DNA of 64,000 nucleotides from Lingula anatina. Lineage: Eukaryota; Animalia; Brachiopoda. Position numbers and translations under genes: made by a program. Positions 11,974-24,877 of this stretch are shown in pieces. Position 1 is the stretch's first letter. Each line of letters starts with the position of its first letter. The DNA lies in NCBI GenBank assembly GCA_051362555.1, contig CM120647.1, forward strand, positions 13,678,651 to 13,742,650. Reading direction: 5' to 3'. The notes under the pieces were generated by a model that saw only the letters and a list, made by a program, of their open reading frames with translations, was not told where the DNA came from and searched no databases.

Positions 11974-14900
11974 GACTGAAAGAAAGATGGGTTGAAAAGA
12001 TAGTGGTTTGTTAAAGGTCGTCCGTCTGTAACATTGCCCGGTTGACAGTGATGACAGTCAACGGATCAAAAACACAACACCCTTGGTTTACAGTAAAAAA
12101 ATTGAACTATGAAGGGTCCTACATTGATTGCAGATGAAGACAAAAAGGTAGAGTCAGCTTTTAGACCTGAATTTTAGCAAATTTTTGATCCAAAATGATT
12201 CAATCGTGGTTCTTTTTTAAATTAAATTTGCAACATTGCGTACTGTTTATATCATGAAAAATGTTACAACATGCCCGACAGATGTTAACTATATTGTAGT
12301 CACACGCACGTCCCAATTGCCAATGTCATGCAGATAAAGACCTTTTTCATATTCAATTTTTTTTACAAGTACCTGTAGGCTTCGCCGTCTGGGTGGATAT
12401 CACGACATCTTTTTTCTGTTCCTCTTCAGCTTTCTTTCTATACCTTCCTTTCAGGTTTTTCATGATGTCTCGATATTTCTTGTCAAATGTGCGCTGTTTT
12501 CTGTCCTTCTCTTCAATTTTCTGAAGCACGAAAAGAGGCAGGAGTGTTAAATCTCAAAAATAGGCTCGTCTATCAAATTCACCATCAAGTTAATGTCCCA
12601 TGTTATTTGAAGTAAGTTATATTATTATCATTTAGAAGTTTTTTTTTTTTTTTTTTGGTTTATAATAATGTTGGGAATAAAACATTACATATAAAAAATA
12701 ATATAATAATTGCTGCACTTCTAAAGAAACGATATAAAGAAAATATGTTCTAGATATCGAAAATGTTGGAGGTAAACAGCGTTTTCAACAGTAACAGTTG
12801 TTTGATTATGATTTCAGTTCATCTTTCCAACATCCCCTATAGTTTGCTATAGTGACTCAATCAAGATATCTAGGATTTATGCTATACTATTGAAGCTAAA
12901 TTATTATTTTTCAAGCTTACGACATTACAAGCTTACGAAAAATTCTACCAGAGTGCTCTGGGATTTAATGTTAAAGGCATACTTCAATATCGCCTTGATA
13001 CAACAGTACAATCCAGTTCAAAAATGAATTTGAAGGAAAAAAAACAAACCTTTCCCATTTCTTACTATTTCATTTTATATTATTAATCGATTTATTTATT
13101 TTTCGTCATTTAAATCCATTTGAGCCATGACGCACCTTTCTACTGGGTCCCTTGCATTTCTTGCAGGTGAGAAGATAAAACAACCATTTGGGGCTGGGGA
13201 TTAAGTTAAAGGGGATGGGGAGAGTAGATCCTTCCCCTATATACTCTAACCATAGCCTTGTCCTAGCAGCCTTCCATTCGATGTCTGCATCGTTCTGTAA
13301 ATAGTTTGAATTGTGCATGTAGAGATAACATACCGTATAATACTGCTCATTTTGCTTTACTATTCTTCTTCTTCTTCTTCTTCTTAGGTTTATTGTAATG
13401 AATCTATAAGACAAAATATGAACGATTCTACTCAATATCCCATACTTACATTTATTACTTCAAAAGAGATTGTCATCATAGCAATGAGCATATTGATCAA
13501 CATAATAACGATGACAATATGGAATATAGCCACCATGATGAACCCAACAATCTCCACAAATTCGTGCTTCATGTGGATTTCTACGGAACTCGAGTCTCCC
13601 AGGCCAAAGATGGACCACATTAGAGTGCGAAATGTGTTGAAGAATCTGAAAAAACGTGAATGTACGGGGCTTTATGCTAAAACAGATATGCAAATACAAA
13701 TAGACCTATGGCAAACTTTTTTCTGTATACAAAATGCAAAATAAATGAACATAGAAGTGCTCGACTTAAATGGTCCATTTAGTGACCTTGAAAAATATTA
13801 TTCATATTCCATGTTAAAATAAGATAATACAAGTAAAATAAAAAAGTCCACTATTTATGATAAATATACTAGAACCTGTTTTCATCGCGGCGGCTACAAA
13901 TAGTTACCCGTGGAATGCAGAATTAGTCTTAGACCCATCTGGGAGTGTTTGGCCCGCATAGAAGTGGTAATGGTTGTGCAGTCCAACCGTGAAGGCTATG
14001 AACACAATTAGCAGCAATGCAGCAAAGCGAAAGACATCTGTGATCATCTTGCCTAAAAGTTAACAAGTCACGTGTTGTTCAAAAAGCGTGAGTCCATACG
14101 TCATAATGAGAAAAAATACGACAAACAAGAGCATATCTGACTTGAAGATTTTGACACATCATAAATACTGCCGCTATGACGAAGGAAAGAGAGGCATTCT
14201 CTTTTGTCAAAACCATGACAAAAAATAACCTTACTGTAATGTATCCATGTTTATGCATGTAGGTATATTCATAACAAAAGCATAATGACTTTAATCATGA
14301 TATGGGCACTTACCCAAAACAACTAGAAGTGGGCCGACAGACTCAAAAGTAGGTAAAATGTACACCAGTCTAGAGAAACTAATGATGTTCGCCAACGCAA
14401 ACAGGGCATCTGAAATTATTTCTGGATCATCTGGCTCCCATTCGAACCGACCTGAAATACAAAAAAGTAAGTGTTAAAATGGTACGCCTGGAGAATATCT
14501 TTACCGTTTAAAAATGTATAATAAACGATCAACTAAGACTCGGTTTCCATAAACCTTTTGCACTAGCAGGATGGATGAACGTAACTAAAATATAAGGCAT
14601 GAATAACACAACCTGAATCATGCGTGGTGCAGAAAACTATGCTCAACCAACCTTTCTTGTAATAATATGCGTACGCTTCTGTTGTATTTTGGTTAACTCC
14701 CAATGCGGCTTGTCTTGTCTTGACAATCGAAACTATACGACTGACAAACGAGGCAAAATAAAATATAATCAAGAGCATATCCAGAATGTTGAAGGCGCTG
14801 TGGAAGTAACGCGTCCCTTGTTGACGCAACTGCTTCATCTCAGCCCAAAAATAACCTATGAAGTAAAATGAAATGTTTTTTTTAAATTTATTTTTCTATG

Positions 14901-17900
14901 ATATTAGCATTAAAACACCCCAATCGGTCACTAGTAAATTAAGATCGTTAAAGATAAAATATAAATTTCTTATTCAATGGTTACTCATGACAAAACACGT
15001 GTAGTTGAAAAGTATTGGTAATTTAGTTAACACTGTGGTTATCGGAATTTGTTCATTAGGAATTTGATAAGCTGATATTGTGACAATCATGTATCCAAGA
15101 AATTGTAATTGTTTAACTTTTTTTCGTGAAAATATCTGGTTAATACTGGTATATTGTATAGGTATATTGTCAGTACTGTGTTGATGGCCGACAGCACACA
15201 AGATTTACAACAACTTCTAAGTTCACTACAAACCGAAAGCCACAAAAGAGGTTTGACTATCAATATAAAGAAAACAAAGATCATGGTACTAAGCAAAAAG
15301 ACCGAAACACCTCGTTGCAACATCTTTCTCGATGGAGAGAAGTTGGAACAAACGAATCAAGTTGCCAATTCAGGTAGTCTGTTGACGTCAGACTGCAGAT
15401 GTGACAAAGAAATTAGAAGAAGAATAGTTCTTGCTAAAAAGGCCTTCACAAAGAAGAAGTCGATCCTGACAGGCATGAAGCTCGGAATTACTCTACAACT
15501 ATGATTATTGAAGTGCTATGTATGGTCAACACTGCTTTACGGCTGCAAAAGTTGGACCATGAATTCAAGCTGTAGATGGAAACTAGAAGCAGCAGAGATG
15601 TGGTGCTATAGAAGAATGACGAGGATATCATGGGTGAAGATAATTTCTAACGAACGTGTGCTGGAGATGGTAGGAATGAGAAAAAATCTGTTGGTCACCA
15701 TCAGAAAGCGGCAGCTGAAATTTGTAGTACATGTGGTGAGGAAAGGAGGACTGGAGAAACAAATACTGGAAGGGAAGACATCGGGCAAGAGGCAGCTACA
15801 AGGGAGAAAAAGACTCAATTTTATGGGGGGTGGAGTCGAATGTTGGGTGTAGTGCCGTGGAAGTGTTGCGCCGGGTGAGTGACCGGAAAGGTTTCAGAGA
15901 GATGGTAGCCGACGTCAGTCCCTGAGATGGTACCCAAAGAAGAAAACTGATATATTAACTGGTATATTAACACCATAACTTTATGATGTTAGCATTGCTT
16001 ACATTGTAATTGTGTCTTACCTATCACGTAGACAAATATTGCATACTCGGACCATCGGAAATCTGTGGCATGAGCAACGTTTGCTTTATCATCAGGTAAA
16101 AAGTACATCGTCAGGATCAGAAGAAACGTGAAATAGGACAAGCTGTGAGTGTAAAATTTGATACAAGGAGTCCTCAAGAACGTGTTGTTCCACTTGATGA
16201 ATTTACTCTACAAAAAGAAAGAAACGATACACTACATTATTGTACCAGTGCTAACAATGAAGTCAGCGATTGAGACATTTCCAAATTTTCATTCACGAAG
16301 AAATTACATTCATCTAATAGCTTTCATCAATCAATATTCAACAATTACCGTAATAAAAGTCTTTCTGCAGACCAATTAAACATGAGTGTTGTGATGATGA
16401 TATAACATGTTTGACTGCTACAATAATAATTAGATTCGCTTAATCAAATTATTGTATATAAGCAAAGTTACTTTAATGTTCTTTGGACCTCGAGTTGAAT
16501 ACGTTAGTGCCTGCGTCTGTCCAGTGCACTTTAAGAGAATGACAACTGATTTTTACATAAGAGAATTACCCTAACGAAGCCTAAGGGTTCGACACGGAGA
16601 ATTAAAAAAAGATCCTGCCTGCCTCTCAAATTGTACCGGTACAGACTTTGAAAAAAGGGCTTTAGGAAATGTTTTAACGTGTGATAATAATCATATGAAC
16701 GGTTACACCTGTTCACCATACCTTCTTTTCCAATGTTTCAAAGGCTCCGAACAAGATATACGTCAGGAACAACAAAATCCAAACTGGCAACGCCAGCACG
16801 ATGAAGATCGACTTCAGAAATTTGTTTGTGGTCAGCAATCGACGCCTGAGATTCGGGTTGGCGCCATAAAACACCATGTTTAAGTGCCTCTGGACGTATG
16901 GGTGTGCTACAAACTGAAATAAAATTTCAAAGACACTTTGAGTCTATTAATCTCGCTCTGTCTGCGTGACTCAATGCTACAGCCTACAGGAATTATAGAC
17001 TTCTCAAACAACAGCCAAAATAACAGTTAATTGATACCTGTCCGATTGATCAATGTCCACAAGATACCGACATTAGGAAATGACGTCACAGTCGAAAAAG
17101 AAAAATATCTTGTACCACAGCGGCCGTCGTTTATTCAGTACGTCCTACCTTCTTGACTCCTTCATCCATAACTCTCCGCACTCGCCCTAATTCTGAACAC
17201 CCATTGGCTGATTTATCCAGGAGCAAGGACAGCTCATCTCGCCCTCGGACCAGGTCCAGCATCTCCCAGGCAAACGTTTCACATTTCTGGGTCAGTTCAA
17301 GATATTCTGACTGTGTGAAACGGAAAAGTTGCATATACAATGTATGTTATGGATGGCCAGCATACTCAGAACATTCATAACGTCACCATAACGATTTTCT
17401 TTCTTTCTTTTTGGTGGGGTTATCATAATGTTCTGTGTTTGCTGACTGGTGTGTGTGTGTGTGTTGGCGTACGCGTGTGTGAGTGCGTGCGTGCATGCTG
17501 GCGTCTAATTTCATTTTTTTTTTACCAATCCGAAGTATACCTACTTATCTTAATGAATTATATGTCTTTGGAAATGTCACACACACCCCCCCCTTCCGAA
17601 GATAATACACAAATATAAAATACTTTAAACAAACAAACAAACAGACAAACAAACAAACAAACAGGTATAAATTTACTGTCAAAACCTATTAGATAAGCTC
17701 AAAACATTCTATCTGATTGTATCTTAACATTTACTTATTCTAAACATATAAAGGTTTAAACCATTTTTTCCACAAAATACCTTGAACTCTTTATCCTGTT
17801 TCGCCATTGTGAATAGTTTTTGTCTCAGCTGCAGAGCGCTCTTAACAGGATCTTTCCTCGTGAGAAGGTAGGCCGATGACGTCATAGCTCTATACGCGTT

Positions 17901-18584
17901 CACACGATAAAGCGCGTGATTCAGCGTGTCGCTTCGGTCGAGAAAACAGTCGCAGAAATAATCGTGAGGGACGGCGATTTTCAACTGCGCCTCGTCTTTC
18001 AGTAGTTTGCAGACCTTGATGTCGTTCTTCATCGCCGCCTGTAGCATTGGATTATAGTTATCACCCTCTGATAACGGCAACCATTGCTTTAGTGCTCGCT
18101 TGATCTCATCCAGGTTCGTCCCGTTGTCTATTGCCCTCTTCAGAATGTCTGTGTTGAGCATTGGCCCCAGTAGTTTGCTTCCAATGGGCTGTGCAGGAGG
18201 GTGCTGCGGTCCTTCATCTTCAGAACTTGAGGACGAACCGCAGTCACAGCAAATGGCAAATTCTGAAAGATGGGATATGTTTTGCTTTTGCTTTAAAAGC
18301 CCGTTCGTGCAGCAAAAAGACCAATATTAACCCCCAAAAAAAAAGTTTCTTAATATTATCCTGTGCTCAGTCTTCTATATCAAAGTGGGATTCTCTGAGA
18401 AAAATTATTTCCAAATTACTCTCAGTTGGCGTATTCAACCCTGAGAAAGCTGACAAGGTTTAAAAGAAGCACAAAACGAGAAAATACTTCTAAAGCCCCT
18501 TTTCAATTTACACAAACGAATGAACAGCGATGCTGGAATCACCTCATGTTAAAGAGAGAGAGAAAGTTTGCGTGGACAATATTG

Positions 18585-18622
<38 letters not shown>

Positions 18623-19751
18623 GATAATTAGAAATGCACCAATACCTACAATAATAATCACACTTACTACTTTTCTTTCGGTTTGTTCTCGTCACTCTGG
18701 CGTAGTGATATACGGGTTCTATATTGCCGTACGTCCCCCCATCTCCTAGAGTGGAGGTGATATCCGTGGGTAACCTACTGTGGGGGGCGGCACCAGTGGG
18801 GGAGGCATAGTCCCCCTCGTCTACGTTCTCAACAAGCGCATGGGGCTCTTCCGCCAAGGACTGGTCTGAGGGTTTTGACGTGGCAGTCTGGTTGTTTGAA
18901 GTCTGTGACCGGTCTTTGTTAGGTAGTGGCGGTGGTGGTGGTGGTGGTAGAGGAGTGACATGGGAAGGAGCAGGAGGAGGAGGAGAATGTTTTGAAATCG
19001 AGGTCGGTGGGGTTCCGTTGGCAACTTCCGCTGTGTCATTTTGAGGGGAGGAAGCCTGTGGCACACCATCTACGTCTCCCCGTTCGTGGTCTTTACTTCT
19101 GCTGGGACTCTCTCTGGTAGATTGTGACAGAAGAGGGGCACTGGAGTCGTCATGTCCCGAGGACTGCATAGAGAAATTTGAGGGGTTAGTGTTTTTGGGA
19201 TAAGAATCCCCTATGTCAAAACTGGGGACATAGGGCATTTTTGAGGGAGACATGTGTCCACTGGCTCTCGGCTCAGGAGAGTCAGTGTCTATAAAGTCTA
19301 TATCATCGAAATCCTTTGAAGCAGTGTCTTCGTTTGATAACTGGTTAGCCCCCTGTCCCTCAGCAACGCCCGACAAGCTGACGTTCTCAGCGCCATTGCT
19401 CTTACTGTCCTTTTGACCTCGTAATGAACCAAGGGTTTCATTCATTGTGGATTGCACTTCTGCCAGCCCAATTTCTCCCAATTCCACCGCCTCGACATCC
19501 TTTTGTCGTTTTCTTTTCTTGGGATTTCTTTTTAACCATTTTTTCCACCGACTGGCTCCCTCTCCGTCTGATTCGTCGTTGCTGGATGAAGTTGATGTTT
19601 TCTCACTATGGGTGAAACAGTCGCTGTCTTCCTCTGGCTCTGAGATATATTGCGAAGTGTCCTCGTCGTCAAGCGAACAAAAATCGTTTCCCAAGAGAAC
19701 AACGTCTAAATTTCGTGCAAAGCCACTGCCGAGACGCCTTCTATTCGCCAT
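11956..19751 (-). CDS. TRPC-like (short transient receptor potential) cation channel, paralog B, 12 coding exons, ~1038 aa
   Basis: Exons: 19751-18668, 18262-17781, 17310-17149, 16913-16722, 16207-16021, 14855-14652, 14451-14314, 14052-13908, 13645-13450, 13294-13136, 12520-12373, 11975-11956. All introns are GT-AG with compatible phases; total 3117 nt. TRPC motifs: [92 protein letters not shown]. The last exon is the least certain. Confidence 0.92.
15172..15945 (+). mobile_element. 5'-truncated RTE-clade LINE fragment in TRP intron 5, antisense to the host gene
   Basis: RT C-terminal motifs TVLMADS..DLQQLL...[48 protein letters not shown]. Internal stop; gaagaaaa tail. Confidence 0.9.
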
Positions 19752-21289
19752 CTGCAATTACCTGAAAGAAGTTTTTTTTTTTCTCAATTTATATAAAGTG
19801 TTTTAATACTGGCATTTTTAATGTCTGATTTGAATTTCCATGGACCTGAAAGCCTTTGATAGTCACATTTTCTGTTTACCTGCAGTGCATAATTTAAATT
19901 TGATGGTAATTATACTCTGTTAAGCGTTATATTACATTGCATCAAATTGATAAGAAATATTTTGTTTACTGTCACTACCAATGTTCTAACAGGAAAACTG
20001 TTACTTATTATTTTGTAACTTACAAGAGTGATTGACACAGTGCTGAAATTGGGTAACCAGATTCATTAGGATATTTTCTTTCTTGTTGACCGTGCATTTA
20101 CGTTTTTTTCTTTAATCCTCTTGCCCTGAGTGCGTTTTTATCTATAGTCTGCTTATACATAAACCAGTTCCTGAGGCGCACTCCTAGAAGCGAATACCCC
20201 TCTTTAATTACACGATATAACCTAACAAAGCATTGCCCTTAAGTTGACAGAAAGGTTTATGAGACACAACTGACATTTATATTTGTGATCCCACTATTCT
20301 CCAAACCCCGCAAAAAATGGCTTCATTTTGGGCTATCGAGGCTTAATTCCTTGATTGATTTCAAAGCAGATTAAGCCTTCCGTTCCCTATATTTAGAGTC
20401 GAACCTGAACATCGGTGTAAGAGTAATCCAACAGATTTGCGGATCCCCATTACTTAATTAGTATTCCCAACATGGTTCATATGGAATTATAATGAGTAGT
20501 GTTAAACCTTTATACTTGCTGCACCGACCATTCGTATTGTATATATAGGTTTACTTCGCCGGGAAATCGCGGCTGAGTAGCTATATTATACAGTGACCTA
20601 CTCGGACAGGTGCCCCGGGATGTTTAACGTGCATATTATATTACTGACCACATAAATTACTAGCCACATAAATTACACGTATGAAAAGCCATCATGTTTA
20701 TAAACAGATAAATAACGTCTCACAGCTTCACGTCTATGGGGTACGTTTAAAGACCTTTATAGAGACTAGGGAGATAAAACACAAGATAAACTGCAGAGCT
20801 GCCATTGGTGTTTCTAACATGTTTAATCAAAAATTTCCCCTGCATCAAATATGCCCTAATTTTCTCAATTATAAAAAAGAATATTTACTGTATTAATGGA
20901 GCACGCATATAATAAATAATATTAAGGGTATATATGCTACATTATATTTACTATCTGCATAGCCATCCTAAATATACTAAATAAAAAGCACAGCTTCATT
21001 CGTCTTAGAACAACCTAAAGCAGTACTATACGTATGAGTATATTAATCCTTTCACATTCTGTCCAGTCCTGCCCGATCCCAACTTGACCGTTGGTATATT
21101 CAGGCCAAATACTGCCAATTGTTTATTATCATGAGCTACTCTCCAGCAGAGTCCAGCTGGGTGATGACGTTAATTCTATGCATATTCTCGCTGTACTGTA
21201 CAGACAAGAACATGCGCAGAACTGACCAGAGACATATCTGTGAATGCTTAATGAAAAAATCAGTCAGGGGTACTGATGGAGAACAATGC

Positions 21290-21600
21290 TGCATTTATCT
21301 GGGTCGGTCTAACTCTGTGGCTGATTCTCTCTTAATGCTATCAGTGGAATTTACTTATGTCTGACGCGCCTCTTCGAGCAGCTTGGGGGTAGTTAACACG
21401 GAAGTTAATATCGCTTGTGTTACAGACGGACAGTCAGACTTAATCAGTAATGAATTTATGAAACTAAGGCTGCTTTCAGAATAGAAGTTAACGAGCTAGC
21501 AGGATCGGCCTACCTCAGAGGGGAGTCCCTGTAAGGCGCAATCAACTTAATCATGCAGCTTAATTAAGTGTCTGGCACGCCCCCTCCTCGTCCCCCGTAA
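21290..21600. repeat. Fragments of a palindromic MITE family also present at ~23875-24090 and ~58930-59090
   Basis: Shared segments tctgacgc(g/c)cctc(t/c)tcgagc...ggggta and gcagagttggat(c/a)gatcc, in both orientations. Confidence 0.5.
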
Positions 21601-21604
21601 CTTA

Positions 21605-21760
21605 GGCCGCATTCAGAACAGTGGAATTACTCTTCCGAGGGTAAATATGGCCGACCTACTATCTATTCAGTGTCTATATTAGCGGATTAGACGGCAAGCT
21701 TTTTAGTGGGTCGCCATATTTGACCCGCGTACTAGTTAGTCCACTGTTCTGAATGCAACC
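21605..21760. mobile_element. PIF/Harbinger-like MITE
   Basis: TIR ggccgcattcagaacagtgga / tccactgttctgaatgcaacc, with TTA/TAA flanks. Confidence 0.65.
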
Positions 21761-22714
21761 TAATTATACTTGGGTAAAGTCGGGAAAACTCCCAAAACTT
21801 TGTTGTCTGTGCTATTGTTTATGCTGCTCTGCGAGGGGGAGACTAGATAGTCCGTGGATCAACTGGTTGTGAACGCGGTCTAAGACCCTCTTTCAGCCAC
21901 ATGTTATTTTGTGGTCATGACCCCAAGTTCATGGGTGAATGGCAGAGGAATCTGCGTGTTGATATGTATTACGGTCACAGATACCTTCCAACCAGTACTG
22001 TTGTTACCGCTGACTGGTCATATACTGCATAGCATATGCACCTTAATTAAACGATGCATGCAGTCGGTCACACTGTGCGCTTAATACATGTATGTTATAA
22101 GTGAGCCGGGCAGCTTAACTCTGGGCAAATGCACTAATACGTACACCGTTAAGGGGGATGCACAGAAGGCCAGCCCTAGCTTCCCTTACAGTAGTTTTGC
22201 TCTATCTTACCCCCCCCCCCCCCCCCCCCCACACACACACATCTAGGCAGCCTATTGCAAACTTACGAATGTGAAATAACACAGCAGTCGCCTAGGTTCT
22301 ACTGCTCCCCATTACGTATGTAGTAAATCTAGAGGATATCTATTATATAAACATCTCACTGTCATAACGTTACCACCCAGCCACCTCTACCCGCCCGAGG
22401 AAATCAGTCTGCGGTGAACTGAACTGAAATAAAGGGCATGCATACATCTAACGTTACCTGAGGATGGCTGAAGGCCTACACGGACAGTCGGTCTAATAGA
22501 TCCTGTATGAACTTTTCGTTAATGCTATGAGCTTAAAACCGACGAAAACAAAGTACATGTATGTCTGTCCGAATTCTAAATGTATAATAGCGCAGAGTAA
22601 GACGAGGCGGATGTGGTATTATTGGTGAACTACTACGTCTGGTTGACTTTACAGACTTACTATACTCTGACTTAAGTCCTTTCATACTGAGCAGCTAAGT
22701 TTATCTTGACTGGC

Positions 22715-23400
22715 GCCATTTGATTGGCCCTAACACGTAATTACGCTACAGGTTTCATTACTCAAGTTCATTAACCTTCATTTAATGCAGTCAGTTGGCC
22801 GTCGGGTATGGGGGGGGGGGGGGGGGGGGGCTTCTATCCTCATACCATCCTCATACTATAAACTGTACCCCGTACATGTAGGTGGGTATCTTGCGTGAGG
22901 AAGTGAAGAAAATGCTCCCTAAATCAAGCCAGGCCTAGCTGTGGTTGAAAAAAAAACTTGTCAGGCATGTGAGTAACGAACTCTGATAATGCGGTGAAAA
23001 TCACTTACCTTGTTCGTGTCGTACTACATATGAGTGAGGCAATTAAGTCAAGTGAACCTTGGCGTGCCGTCAGTGTGCAGAGATATCTAGTCCCTTCGCA
23101 AAGTGTACGAAAAGACGTGTATTATCCCTGAAGCTGATGTCTGCTAGATTTTCTCTCTATTTTGTCTTCCACCAACAGGATATAATCTACGTGACCTACA
23201 TGTAGTTCGGTATCAGTAAGCAGTTGACAAAATTAAGTCCCTGTGACTGGTGTCTACTGATGTTTTTTTTTTCTCTCTCTCTCTTTTTATGTGCCTTTCG
23301 CCATTCACAGATAATCAGCGTGGCCTAGATCAGAGCCTGCAGTGTGACTAGTACACTGAATACAGAGCCAATTTATATTTCGGTCGAACCAGTGTCAGCA
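22715..23400 (-). promoter_or_regulatory. Conserved 5' block of TRP paralog B (putative non-coding first exon and promoter)
   Basis: Homologous to 4725-5370 (tgattggcc.taaca.gtaattacgc, tatcttgcgtgag, gataatgcggt, acttacc, gtcccttcgca, aagacgtgtatt, tacgtgaccta, gtacactgaata), while the flanking DNA does not align. Confidence 0.55.
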
Positions 23401-23874
23401 AGCACACGGCACGTTACAATGTCGTTATTCGTGTACGCTTAATCTGTCGCTGTCACATCCATGCTAGGTTTGTGATTACTTATAATAATAGTTACAGTTT
23501 TATAAACGGGGTAGAGTGTCAATGGCGGCGTAACCGGATTTACAAGTTCCGGGTATTTGCTCAACAAACAAAGACAACGTGTGGAAAATTCTCCAATTAT
23601 CTTACATCAGCATCAGTTCCGGGTAAAACTTTTTCCCCAATATACAGAGGGTCCCAAGAAACCTACTCATTCCTTGACTTCTCCTACTACATTAAATACT
23701 TTATATTCCATTAGTTGTTCTCTGGTTTAAGAACACTCACGTTTTTTTTTTTTTTTTTATTTTTTCTCATGTTATATTGATATTTTTTCCTCAATGGTAT
23801 TCATTAGATTTGCATCTACCAAGTAGATCAACAAATGTCTAAGTTAGCGAATGATAAACTCATCGTACAAGAGG

Positions 23875-24090
23875 GATCGATCAAACTCTGCTGCAGCTTC
23901 TCCCCAAATAATAGGCTTTAATATCTGACGCCCCTCCTCGAGCTGTTAAGGGGTAACTAACTGATTAACTAGCTACTCAAGGAGGTGTGTCAGACAATTA
24001 AGCTGATTACACTGAATACACTTTAGGGACAAACCCCTGCAGAGTTGGATCGATCCGGATGGTAAGATGTTCGAATCTGAACGCTGGCTA
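23875..24090. repeat. Palindromic MITE-family copy
   Basis: gatcgatcaaactctgc...tctgacgcccctcctcgag is inverted as ctcaaggaggtgtgtcaga...gcagagttggatcgatc. Similar to 58930-59090. Confidence 0.55.
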
Positions 24091-24696
24091 TATCAAAACT
24101 CAATGCACGGATAACGGTCAAACAGTGACGACATTTCGGGATACCCTGTATATACATGTAGTGACATGTTCCCACACACGTGCACCGGTATTTTCTCATA
24201 CTCCAAGGTAAGTAACAGTTTTCGACGAATTGATTAAGCCTTCATGGAAAAAAACATATCGAAAGTAGGCAATGGTGTGTCGTTAATAGACAATCCAAAG
24301 AGGAGTGTCTTGCTTTGTAAACCAGTCATATATTCCCAATGACTCAAGATCAATTCTAGCAATTAAGACCGAATTCCGTCTAATAGAGCAATTGTATTCA
24401 AAAGCGCTTTATAGTATTTTATTCTCATCTCACCCCAAAATTATGTTATTCTCTAGTTTATGCTAATTATTGAAACTATACAGTGCAAAGTCGATTTGAC
24501 AAATAATGTGCTTGAAAAAATATATATTTATGTGTTGCTTTTATAAAATTATTTGATTTCGAAATAGTTTTCCTTTGTGATAAATCTACGTGTTAACTGT
24601 ATCAAGAATAAGATCAAACTAGTAGGTTCATTGGACAGCTACAGTGAAGTGGAGATTAAAATACACAATGTAAATATACATGTATGCACTATATAT

Positions 24697-24877
24697 CTGG
24701 GGTAGCCCTAACACTCGCCAATTTAGCCAAATGCTAAAACTGGCCTTAATTAGCTAAAGAAAATGGGCTTGATTTGACTTTTTTTAGTCAAATTATAACC
24801 ATTTTGATAACAAACTCACAAAAAAGTGGTGATTTGGCTAAGCATAAAAAAAAAATAAAATGCTAGCGCTACCCCAG
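24697..24877. mobile_element. Short MITE
   Basis: TIR ctggggtagccctaaca / tgctagcgctaccccag within TA-rich flanks. Confidence 0.6.

Noticed and set aside
18549-19757. 402-aa ORF as a stand-alone gene
   Set aside because: It is TRP exon 1 read through the gtaagt donor at 18667 into a (CA)n intron tract; the HTHTHT tail is microsatellite-derived.
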